Made by a program: the position numbers and the translations under genes. A stretch of DNA of 64,000 nt from Octopus bimaculoides (taxonomy: Eukaryota): positions 139,073,939 to 139,137,938 of the forward strand of contig NC_068982.1 of NCBI RefSeq assembly GCF_001194135.2. Direction: 5' to 3'. The notes under the pieces were generated by a model, which was not told the origin of the DNA, searched no databases, and saw only the letters and a program-made list of their open reading frames with translations. Below, one piece after another: positions 25,100 through 36,410 of the stretch (positions are counted from its first letter, which is position 1; every line of letters starts with the position of its first letter).

Positions 25100-25480
25100 T
25101 GTTTTGTGGAAATTGTAACATTCGAGACACTAGGTCTTTTCTTCAGGGTCAGAATGTATTTTAGCCCTCGTCAGCTGCTGTCACTCATGCAAAACTCAAA
25201 TGTGGCCATCTGGGGCGTTACTGCTACTTCGTGCACTGAGCTCCTAGATCGCATTCAGAAAAGGGACAATTGGTTGATGCTGGATCAATTGCGATTACTT
25301 CCCCTTTCACTGTCATTTCTTTCGATTCTATAATGTCTTCTGTTTCTTAGAGGTTCTGGTTCACCTACTTCTCGGCTCCCAACCTGATCTTATATTCGCC
25401 TCTCAGTAACATATTCTCTTCAGTAACGCTTATAACTAACACTTCAATCTCGTCTCACTGGAATTCCCTCGCCAGAGCCT
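25100..25480 (+). mobile_element. CR1-like LINE 3' fragment
   Basis: LGLFFRVRMYFSPRQLLSLM...IWGVTATSCTELLDRIQKR resembles the post-RT region of CR1-group LINEs. Confidence 0.65.
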
Positions 25481-25784
25481 TTTCTGCAAGAATTAACCTG
25501 TAACAGTTCAAGCGAAACATTTACGGTATCTGATTCACTCATCAGAGATCTTGCAAGGATTACATTCTCAGCTTATTCATCAAATAAATAGATAAGTGGA
25601 AAATTATTAAATAGCAACCTTCACATTGTTCCCATCTCATCGTGCTTTGGCGTTTCACGTTCTTTTGACTTCAAGTTAGTTTTCCTTCCTCTTCGTACAT
25701 TAAGATTTAGAATTGATCTTTAAATGTATAAGTTTCCGTCTATAATTTTCAAATTATTGTTATTAGTATTAGTAGCTAGCTTAA

Positions 25785-26200
25785 GACTGGGAGTTATTAA
25801 AATCGTTAGCACGTCGGAAAAAAGGTTTAGTGTCGTTTCGTCCGTGTTTATGCCGTGACTTCAAATTCTGCCGCAATCGACTTTGCTTTTCATCCTTCGG
25901 CGTCAATAAAATAAGTACCAGCTGAGTATTAGAATCGATGTAATCGACTTAACCCTCCTATAAAATTGCCGGCCTTGTGCTGAAATTGAAAATATTTATC
26001 ATTTGCTGGTTTAACGTGTCGAGCAGGAACAATCGTTGACGCGTCGGACAAAATGCATTGTGACATATCTCCGACACAGTACGTTCTGGTTTCAAATCTC
26101 ATCGAAGTCTGTTTTGCCTTTCATTCTTGCAAGGTCGATAAAATACTGACCTACACAAGTACTGGTCTTTATGGTATTGACTACACTCCTCTATCGCACC
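25785..26200 (+). mobile_element. Two degenerate SINE family A units in tandem
   Basis: aatcgttagcacgtcgg...ttcaaattctgccgcaatcgactttgc; a second head occurs near 26025. Confidence 0.75.
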
Positions 26201-27316
26201 TTGGAAATTACGATAAATAGGAGCAGACGAGTCCATAACCAACATCGAGTATTTTGCACAGGTAAGGTAAAAATACAGAACAGATCTCTAGCATGAACTC
26301 TCACGAATATTATTTCGTTTTTTCAATTCAGTAGAAAAACCTGCAGTTATTAACATAGGTGACGGGTCTGCTCGATTCGCATAAAGCAACGGTCGCCACA
26401 TGAGTAGCAAGTATGAGTTGGGGCCGCAAACTATGCTTCCGTAAATTACTTTATATGCTTGCCCTGTGGAGTCGTACACTGCAGAGGCAACGGTCAGCCA
26501 TTTTATGATTCACTCAGGAGCCATTCGAAATGTGACACGAGGAGTTGGTGGTTATAAAATGCTGCTCTTACGCTAGGCTGGAACGTCAATTTTTATCGAC
26601 TCTGATAGCCATCATCATCATCATCATCACCATCTGCGGCAGCAGCAGAAACAACATCGTTGTCGCCACCGTCATCCTTGTCGACGTGACCACCACAGCC
26701 CCCACCAAAATACATATCAAGTAACACGGGATAATCTGTACGTAATTCACTGCAATTATAAATACCTAGTAATTTTTACGAATATTTAACACGCATTTCT
26801 ACAAGATATCAAAAGAAGAAAAAAACAAAACAAAACAAAACAAAGGAAACTATTGGTATTCCGTATTTGATCCTCTAAAATCTGAACGAATTATTCAAAT
26901 GGAAAACACAATTGTGTTTATAACCTACTTTTAATACGTAAGTTCTCTTGTCAACTATGAATATTTAATCTTCACCATTTTTATCTCTGTCTGGTGCATG
27001 CTTCTCAAAGTTTGTATTCTTCTACTTTTGATGTATACATGCATAAACACAATAATTGAGTACATAATGAAAAATCTAATCTACTCTCATCCTGTCTTGT
27101 TCATCTTGGCGGCAAATATAATCAGCTTTGTGCATTTTCCAAAAGACGGATTCACATTGTCTTTTTTTATGCGAAGTATGTAAATAGAGGTGTTAATGGT
27201 TGCTTAAAAATCATCCACAAATGGTTTTGCCCTTTCTCATCCAGTTCTCTATAAAGTACATACGTATGTGAAGTTATACACAGACACACACACACTCACG
27301 TAAGTATATATGTTTG

Positions 27317-27352
<36 letters not shown>

Positions 27353-27378
27353 ATATATGTATATATATCATATATTTG

Positions 27379-27445
<67 letters not shown>

Positions 27446-28407
27446 CTTATAAAATTTCGCATATATATGTATATATATATTCATACACACACACACACGT
27501 ACACACACATATATATTCTTTACAATATTCAATACTTGTGTTTGATGTTTGATTAAGTTTGGAATTTAAAATGCATAGTTTCTTGTTTTCTTATGAAATA
27601 ACCTTAAAATAGTTTGGTAGATTCTGAAAGTGGATTGTGAGTAGAGAGCAGAGTCAACATTGTACGACGGGACGACGTTGTCTGACACTATTGCAGGTTT
27701 CTGCTTGCTCGAGATGAGAATATCTTTTGCGGACTAAAATATGCAACAATCTTGGAATAGTTTGTATCCTTTGGATTAAATTCTCTGTCCTAAAATTTAG
27801 GATATCTCTGGAGTGATGTCCTAAAATTGGCATGATTTTGCACCTAGTCTTATTTCTGATGCTTCTGCATTTATTGCTTGGTAAACCTTGGGATCCAGTT
27901 GATCAGGTTGTGATGAGGAATCTGACAATTAAATGAACAAGGATCTCTATTGGCCAGTCCGAAACATACGTCTTGGAGCAGTCCCTTCAATGCCACTGTG
28001 AAAGACAAGAACAAAAACGAGATGTAGTAGACACGAATGACAATAAGGTCTAAAATTGCACTGCCACACGAATACTGACTGACCAGTCGCACAAAGTCCA
28101 TTGTCGTTCGTGAGAGACAGATACTAAACACATGTTCGAAACGAAAATTGTACAATGATCTAAAACCGAGCACGGGATTAAGAATAGAGGTAAGTATCTC
28201 CGCTAAAAGTTTCCACACATTTTCTCTCTGCCAAATTTCTTTTCACAGAAAATACTTGCATAAATGCCACGAAGAAGGATTGAACTCAAAATTGTCTAGG
28301 CGGTAAGCTAGCTTATTAACCCTTCGGCGACGCATTATAGAAAAGACAAAGGAAATCTGTGTGTAAGAAATAAAAATATTTAAAAGATATTAACAGATTT
28401 ACATGTA

Positions 28408-28628
28408 TTAGGTTGTTGCATATTTATTGCGTTTTTGTTTTTTTCAATAAACTTTATCCGATAAAAAAATGTAAACAAAACGCCAAGTAGAAATTAAAGT
28501 AGATGGCGAATACGCTCCGAAATAATCATTTGAAGACGTCTTTGTTAAATGATGTTATTGGTTTTGTTGAATAAAAAAAATATTGAAAAAAAATATTAGG
28601 TTGGTGCAATAATTATGCACCAAACTAA
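28408..28628. mobile_element. Mariner-type MITE
   Basis: TA-ttaggttgttgcatatttattgc ... gcaataattatgcaccaaactaa-TA; about 25-bp TIRs with TA duplication. Confidence 0.8.
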
Positions 28629-28890
28629 TATATTTGTCATCTTCTCAGTGAGTTATGATCCCGCTAACTCCAGGCACAAAATGAAAGTTTATTAATGAAT
28701 TTACTCAAATTGCTGACATATGAAGGCATTCGACAAGGCTACAAGTTGGCAGAACCATAACAGTGTCGAACCAACTTTTAATGGTATTTCATCTGACATT
28801 TTACGACTTGATATTGCTTTCCGTCATTTTTAGGTCCATAACATATGTACAAGCTGAGTATAGTAACAATTATGCTCTCCCCTAAAATTA

Positions 28891-28944
<54 letters not shown>

Positions 28945-28949
28945 ATGAT

Positions 28950-29090
28950 TGTGTGTCTGTCTTTGCCCCCATTCCACATCACTTGACCATATGCTTACAA
29001 AGACTAAGTCCTGGGGGCGATTTGTTCGACGAAAGGCGATGCACCAGCATGACCGCAGTCAAATGACTGAAACAAATTAAAGAATAAATG
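28950..29090 (+). mobile_element. SINE family B, 3' fragment
   Basis: cttacaaagactaagtcctgggggcgatttgttcgac...ccagcatgaccgcagtcaaatgactgaaac. Confidence 0.8.
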
Positions 29091-29419
29091 AACATATAAA
29101 AAAAAATCGGTACCTTTATTTGTTTATAATTTGCAGCGCCGATTCTCTCTCCGCACGGTATCCTTTTTCGGTTTCTGTATCTGTCACACCGTATATCTTT
29201 CTTTCTATCTCTTGCTTTACATTTACGTGGCCATTGCAGTGTTTTGATTCCCCGTGTCTACATAACAAATACTTGTAACAATTAAGTTAAATTTCACCGT
29301 AGCTATGATACCAATTCCTACACTCGATTGGAAGCTAATCACATGAATCTCCCGAAGCTTACCGAGCTAGTAAGTAACATCGAAGCGATATATTGTATGA
29401 TTATTAATCTTATAATCTT

Positions 29420-29633
29420 TTACTTGTTTCAGTCATTGGAGTGCAGTCATGCTGGAGCACCCGTCACGAAGGACTTTGTGAAAACCAGTCAACCTCAGTA
29501 CCTATTATTATGATATTTGTAAAGCCTGGTACTTATGCTATCGGTTTCTTTTGCCAAACCGGTAGGTTACGGGGACGTAAACACCCCATAACCGGTTGTC
29601 AAGCGGAGGTGGGGGACAGACACAGAAGCAAAG

Positions 29634-29675
<42 letters not shown>

Positions 29676-29790
29676 GACTGACTTCTTTCAATTTTCGCCT
29701 ACCAAATGAACACAAGACTTTGGCTGGCCCGAGACTATTATAGGAGACATTGTCCAACGTTTCACGCATTGAGACAAAACTACGAACCAT
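29420..29790 (-). mobile_element. SINE family B
   Basis: Reverse complement of the family B body, with an internal (CA)n. Confidence 0.8.
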
Positions 29791-31155
29791 GTGGTATGGA
29801 TCTCTCTCCCCTCTCTCTCACTTTCTATATCACTCTGCTAAATTNNNNNNNNNNNNNNNNNNNNNNNNNNNNNNNNNNNNNNNNNNNNNNNNNNNNNNNN
29901 NNNNNNNNNNNNNNNNNNNNNNNNNNNNNNNNNNNNNNNNNNNNNNNNNNNNNNNNNNNNNNNNNNNNNNNNNNNNNNNNNNNNNNNNNNNNNNNNNNNN
30001 NNNNNNNNNNNNNNNNNNNNNNNNNNNNNNNNNNNNNNNNNNNNNNNNNNNNNNNNNNNNNNNNNNNNNNNNNNNNNNNNNNNNNNNNNNNNNNNNNNNN
30101 NNNNNNNNNNNNNNNNNNNNNNNNNNNNNNNNNNNNNNNNNNNNNNNNNNNNNNNNNNNNNNNNNNNNNNNNNNNNNNNNNNNNNNNNNNNNNNATTAGT
30201 TCAAAATATATTTTGCAGTAATATGTTGGTGCATAAAACGACACACACACCCACACCCACATAGACACACATTCACAGACACACACACACACACACACAG
30301 ACACACACACACATACACACACACACACACACGCACACACACACACACACACATGTAATAAAAATATATGCCATGAATTTCGGCCAGATTGCTCAAATTG
30401 CTGAAAGTAGCAGCGAGATCTTTCTCAAATAACACACTGCCGTCTGAGATTAATGTAAAATGCGCTGGACAAAGAGAACGAGATATTCAAGGCTAGAACT
30501 GGAACGCGTTGAGTCATTGTTTTGCTTGGTCAAGACAGAGAAAAGAGTGAAAGCACAACAACAATGACAACAACATCAGCAATGAAACAGGAAAAGCAAC
30601 AACAGAAACATAAACAACAACAACTACAACAACAACCACCACAACAACAATAACAAGAACAACAACAACAAGAACAACAACAACAAGGAACGCTTGTTAT
30701 TTTCTTGTTGTAACTTTTAATAACTCGGCAATACAATTTACGCTAGCATTAAATATGGAATATGTGGCCCGCAAGGGAAACAACTTAAAGATGACGTTCT
30801 CTAAATTATTCAACGCACATATTTTCCAAGTTGCAGCACATTTCTCATACAGACGCTGCTCTTAAATATATTTCATTGGAAACCATTCGTTGCGACTTAG
30901 ATGCCTTTTCTACCCACGTTTATATTATGTAAAAAAAAAAAAAATACTGCTTTCATCATCTGAAATAAATTATCTGCACTCAGCAACATATATAGCTTTC
31001 TGCTCATCAGAATAATAATGCATCAAATTGATTAGCAGTGTTTTTAGACATGGCTGAGTACTTCTTCCTAACTAGATGGTTCCGAGTTCGATCTTACTGC
31101 GCGGAGCAACGAAGTCGGACATTTTGTTTCTTAATCATAGCAGGCTCAGGATTCT

Positions 31156-31461
31156 TTTATTCTTTCATTCTTTTCATTGTTTCAGTCATTTGACTGTGGC
31201 CATGCTGGAGCACCGCCTTTAGTCGAGCAAATCGACCCCAGGACTTATTCTTTGTAAGCCTAGTACTTATTGTATCGGGCTCTTTTTGCCGAACCGCTAA
31301 GTTACGGGGATGTAAACACACCAGCATCGGTTGTCACGCGATGTGGGGGGGNNNNNNNNNNNNNNNNNNNNNNNNNNNNNNNNNNNNNNNNNNNNNNNNN
31401 NNNNNNNNNNNNNNNNNNNNNNNNNNNNNNNNNGGGGGGGCTACAAACACAGACACACAAA

Positions 31462-31500
<39 letters not shown>

Positions 31501-31686
31501 ACACACATATATATATATATGTACATATATACGACGGGCTTCTTTCAGTTTCCGTTTACCGAATCAACTCACACGGCTTTGGTCGGCCCGAGGCTACAGT
31601 AGAAGACACTTGCCCAAGGTGCCACGCAGTGGGACTGAACCCGGAACCATGTGGTTGGTAAGCAAGCTACTTACCACACAGCCACT
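31156..31686 (-). mobile_element. SINE family B, near full length, contains a gap
   Basis: gtttcagtcatttgactgtggccatgctggagcacc ... gacacttgcccaaggtgccacgcagtgggactgaacccggaacc...accacacagccac. Confidence 0.92.
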
Positions 31687-32278
31687 GACAAATATTTTTG
31701 TAAGTGAAAACAGAAAGCCTCGAGAGATGAGCGGAAACATATCAAGCTTAACGTTATAGTTGTACACGTGACCATAATCATCATCAATAGCTATTCCTTC
31801 TTATCACCATCTTCGTCGTCGCCCTGGTGGTTGTCGTTGTCATCGTCATCATTATTGCTCTCATCGTCGTCGTCGTCCTTCTCCACTTTCATCAAACTAA
31901 GTATGTGTGTGTACTGGGGTCGATTCGCCCGACTAGAAACTCTTCAAAGCGGTGCCCCAGGAGAGCCGCAATTTAATGACTGACACAAGTGAACGATAAG
32001 AGACAGAAGGTAAAGACATCTTAAAATTTAAGTGAACGTTTACTCAGCATCTTCTCGCAGAATACATATTTAATATACTTTTAGAACGACTGGAGGCTGT
32101 TGGTATCTGAAAGGGGAAAAGAACCGTAACTCATCAAGATAATCCATAAAATATGGATTGAACTGACGTGTTTCAGTTTAACTAGAAGAAAACAATTATT
32201 GCCAAAGTTATACTGAAACTAAAGCTTTAATATTTATACCACACTTGAAACAGATGTTAGAAAACAGAATACCGCATT

Positions 32279-32656
32279 ATTACTTCTGCGTTCGTTAAGA
32301 TGGAGGTATTGTTTTCAGTCGTGTTTATTACTTTGTTTATTTGTTTGTCTGTCCGTGTACAAGATATTTCAAGACCCGCTGGATGTTTCAGGAATGTTTG
32401 GCCTCATGACTGGCATGAACTGATTGGATTTTGGGATCGATCCCGTATCGGACAATGATTAAGGATTATTTTTTCCCGTTCTTTTTTTTACTTAAATTTT
32501 GAGAGCGTTCGGGTTCATTTTTAGTATTCTCGTTTGTGAGAGCAGTCGAGTTTATTTCAGGCATTCTCATTTAAAAAATCATGTCTGTCTAATGGTTGAG
32601 AGGACGTTGGTGTTGCCTTGGCGGAGGTTTGCCCTCTCTGAGTGTTCTTGTCTAGT
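32279..32656 (+). mobile_element. Non-autonomous Helentron/Helitron2-type element (HINE/DINE-like)
   Basis: 5' ttacttctgcg...ggaggtattgttttc, an internal (tttg/tctg) tract, and a 3' gccttggcggaggt subterminal repeat. These are followed by a short hairpin (gccctctctgagtgt) and a CTAGT end. Confidence 0.7.
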
Positions 32657-32658
32657 AT

Positions 32659-32774
32659 GTGATGACTTCTCGTACGAATTTTGGGCGCATAAAAGCACTC
32701 ACGTTTATATCGATGGCGGGCGATGTAAACATGGATGCTCTTATGCACCAAACATTCATATGAATAGTCATCAC
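32659..32774. repeat. 116-nt fold-back with ~54-bp imperfect stem
   Basis: gtgatgacttctcgtacgaattttgggcgcataaaagcactcacgtttatatcg versus the reverse complement of the right arm, gtgatgactattcatatgaatgtttggtgcataagagcatccatgtttacatcg. Confidence 0.85.
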
Positions 32775-32884
32775 AATAAATAACGCATCATTCTGTGTTC
32801 TAACCCAACTTACCTCTAATTGGGAGATAAGTACTATTTTTTGGTATTAATACTTTCTTTATGTCACTATTGTTCTTCTGTTCT

Positions 32885-33612
32885 TTTTATTCTTTTATTC
32901 GTTTTAGTCATTTGACTGTGGCCATGCTGGAGCAACACCTTTAGTCGAACAAATCGACCCCAGAACTTTTTCTTTGTAAGCCTAGGTTTCAAAGAGAAAA
33001 GAAACTACACGTGGTATAAATATGGGAAAAGTAAAAAAAAAAAGAGAAAATGCACATTGGATATAAAAAATAAAGGCGTTTTTAATGAAAAGTAACAAAC
33101 AATATATACAAATAGATGAACTGAGATGAATTAAGAGGTATAAAAGTCATTATTTTGAATTGTTAAATAGATTCAAAGTCATATCGGTATCTTCAAATGC
33201 TGTTCACTGGCTTTGAATTATCGCCGATTTCCAAACGGTGTCGGATCTACTTTTTGACGATACGGGTATGACTTTGAATCTCTTTAACAATTCGAAATAA
33301 TGACTTTTATACTTCTTAATTCTACCCCAGTTCATCAATTTGTATATATTTATCGTTACTTCTCTAAAAAAAGCCTTTATTTTTTATACCCAATGTGCAT
33401 TTTCTCTTTTGTCTTTTTATTTTTCGCATATATATATATATATATATACGACGGGCTTCTTTCAGTTTCTGTCTACCACATCAACTTGCAAGGTTTTGGT
33501 CAGCTGGAACCTATACTAAAAGGCACTCGACCAAGCTGCCATACCGTGTGACTTAATTCAGAACCATGTGGTTGGGAAGCAGGCTTCTTACCACACAGCC
33601 ACACCGGCGCCT
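32885..33612 (-). mobile_element. SINE family B interrupted by a fold-back element
   Basis: SINE 3' part at 32885-32985 and 5' part at 33445-33612. Confidence 0.8.
33015..33433. mobile_element. Fold-back/MITE with ~180-bp terminal inverted repeats
   Basis: 33015-33197 pairs with about 33253-33433 throughout, for example gagaaaatgcacattgg, aaatagatgaactg, and tataaaagtcattatt..gaattgttaaa..gattcaaagtcata. Spacer about 55 nt. Confidence 0.85.
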
Positions 33613-34664
33613 GTCAAATATTTTTTACATGTAAAATATTTTCCTTTTTACCTGGAGACATGTTATTTGCTGAACATGAAGTAATTATACAAAGTTAAGG
33701 CATGACTGTCATAGATCATCATTTGATGGTGAAATTCAAAGATATCCCACGAATCTCTTCTTTCAGATTTACTGCATCATCATTATCAACATAATCATGA
33801 GCAAGAGCAATTCATCATTGTCATCATCATCGTCGTCTTTGTGATGGTGGTGGTGTGGTCGTCAGTTTCGTTGATATCATCGTTGCCATTGCCAACGTCG
33901 TGTAATCGTTGTCGTCTGTACCCAGGGCATGGTAGACTTCGTCGCTGTTGTCTTTGTTGCGGCCGTCTTCATAATCGTCATCGTCTCATCCCTTGTCATC
34001 ACCATCCTCCTCCTCCTCCTCCTCCTCCTCCTCCTCCTCNNNNNNNNNNNNNNNNNNNNNNNNNNNNNNNNNNNNNNNNNNNNNNNNNNNNNNNNNNNNN
34101 NNNNNNNNNNNNNNNNNNNNNNNNNNNNNNNNNNNNNNNNNNNNNNNNNNNNNNNNNNNNNNNNNNNNNNNNNNNNNNNNNNNNNNNNNNNNNNNNNNNN
34201 NNNNNNNNNNNNNNNNNNNNNNNNNNNNNNNNNNNNNNNNNNNNNNNNNNNNNNNNNNNNNNNNNNNNNNNNNNNNNNNNNNNNNNNNNNNNNNNNNNNN
34301 NNNNNNNNNNNNNNNNNNNNNNNNNNNNNNNNNNNNNNNNNNNNNNNNNNNNNNNNNNNNNNNNNNNNNNNNNNNNNATCCACCCACTCCTTTGATAACA
34401 TCTAACTATTGACTTCAACCGCACGAATACCAAAAGAAAAACTGTACCTTTTCATATAAAGCACGAGTAATATTCCTTTCTTGCAAATACCTCAGCTCTT
34501 TTACGCAGCCGTTAAAATTAGACCTTCAAATCATTAATCGCGTAAAAGTTCCACCCTGTTACAAAGAAAATTGAACCAGTTGTGTTGGTTTATTTCCTCA
34601 CAGATTCAGTTTTGTTCGTAACATTTACCTTCTCGCATATTTCGGTAAATGTACACGACGTTTG

Positions 34665-34896
34665 CAGTAATCCCTCGACTATCGCGGGTGTTACGTTCCG
34701 AACGCCCTCGCGATAGGTGAAATTCTGTGAACAAGAAACAGTAATGTATATTTTTTTTCATTATTTCTATAATTTGTATTTATTTATTTTATCATAAATG
34801 CAAAACGATGCCACGGAGGAATCGACGTAAGCTTAAATAATAAACCGTGATAAGTGAACTGCGATAAGTAAACCGCGATATGGCGAGGAACTAGTG
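34665..34896. mobile_element. Tigger/pogo-like MITE
   Basis: Left cagtaatccctcgactatcgcgg, right ccgcgatatggcgaggaactagtg followed by TA; internal cgcgataagtgaa repeats. Confidence 0.75.
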
Positions 34897-35250
34897 TACA
34901 TCGAAAAAATGTGACATCAGATTTGGGTTCTAGTAATTAACATTCATCCTTGAAGTTATTTCCAACATGTTTTTTTTTTAAAGCGGATATTTTAAGATAG
35001 AATGCAATAATTGAATTACCTGTCGCATGTAGAATATTTTTTAACAGTTGTACTTTAAATAGCACAATCGATTGGCCAATAGAATTCGTTCGATTTAAGT
35101 TCCAGAGAAGATTCTTGATCATTCGATAAGGTCTTTGACGTCAGCGTGCACATGCACTATAAAGTATTACCCACAATTCAAAAGTAAGTCGTATTTCGTT
35201 TGTCATACTTTAAAACCGACACATAAGTACACGTATATGAACACACCTAT

Positions 35251-35317
<67 letters not shown>

Positions 35318-35567
35318 CGTAATTTATGAATCGGCAGAAATTACAAAGTTACTCAAGGACTGTGAGTTTTGTGCGTTAGTACGTAACCCTACACCATCCC
35401 CATATACAAATACTGACAAATTAACATAAATTTTAAAAGGAGTAACGGCCTACCTTTAACGTTCCCCTCTGGAATCTTCATTCCATGTTCAAATCCTGCC
35501 TTCATCAATAATACATTTTAATTTCGATTTCGACAATTTGGTTACTGAACCAATTCTTATCTGAATC

Positions 35568-35570
35568 TAC

Positions 35571-35641
<71 letters not shown>
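35568..35641. repeat. (CTAT)n tetranucleotide microsatellite
   Basis: Direct read. Confidence 0.95.
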
Positions 35642-36057
35642 CCTGTGTGTTTATCTGTCTGTCCCTGTCTATCAGTATGTCTACCTCTTTCTTTGTCCAT
35701 CATTCTTTCTGAGAAACGGTTAGGATGCACTTTGAAAAAAGCCGTGGAATATAACTCACAGATCCGTTTCTGAAGAAAAGGAAAAAAAGTTAAGCAAGAG
35801 ATAATCAGTAACCTCATCTGGTAAAAGAAAAAGAAAATGGAGGTAAAATTCGTCTGCCTCTGGAACGGAACGCGAACTGCCGTACATTGCAACACGAAAC
35901 GTACGTTATGAATAATGTAGAGAAAAATAGCTGCAGTGAGGTCTCTGTTCATAATATTGTGAAACAGATAGCAAATGGGAATATAGATAATCAATAGAAT
36001 ATATAACAAGCATTATAGTGATGAGTATATAAAATTGGCGTAGAGGTTTTTTATTAC

Positions 36058-36248
36058 CTTTCTATATTTTACTTTCCGTTTCTCTTTTGGGGTTGCGTAC
36101 ATACTAAGATTAAAGTATATTTCTAAACCTCCCGCTTCTTTCATTGCTATGCCGAAAAGCAAGCTGAATACATTTGAATAACATGTTGGACAGTGAGTAG
36201 GTGTCTTTAGTAATGTATAGTCATAACAATTCACTCTAAACATTTTAT
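36058..36248 (-). CDS. Candidate exon (KMFRVNCYDYTLLKTPTHCPTCYSNVFSLLFGIAMKEAGGLEIYFNLSMYATPKEKRKVKYRK)
   Basis: Acceptor catttgtag, donor AAG|gtaata, 191 nt, phase 1 to 0, in unique sequence. Could also be chance or an ancient transposon remnant. Confidence 0.35.
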
Positions 36249-36365
36249 CTACAAATGAGTCAAAAGGGAAAAGTTTTTGGTAATAAACGGCTTTGTCGTT
36301 TCTCTGTGGTGTAACAATTTAACATGTCAAACAAAATTAATAACAGATGCCATCACTGAATTTAC

Positions 36366-36410
36366 CATGCGGAAAATTGAAGTCGCTAAAAAGTTGCACT
36401 GAAATGTTTC
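36366..36410 (-). CDS. Candidate small exon ((G)NISVQLFSDFNFPH)
   Basis: Donor ATG|gtaaat; in-frame acceptors at 36411 and 36399. Phase 1 to 1, joins in frame to the 36058-36248 exon. Confidence 0.25.

Noticed and set aside
26221-26261. Plus-strand 41-nt exon GADESITNIEYFAQ with a gtaagg donor
   Set aside because: Weak acceptor and no partner exons found.
26288-26479. Minus-strand ORF YDSTGQAYKVIYGSIVCGP...
   Set aside because: Good acceptor, but the phase-compatible donor (gttttt) is poor and the peptide is unrecognised.
27600-28200. Possible decayed RTE fragment
   Set aside because: No motif could be read convincingly in any frame.
34491-34555. Minus-strand segment with a strong acceptor and donor
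   Set aside because: Stops in all three frames, so not coding; a non-coding or poison exon cannot be supported without RNA data.
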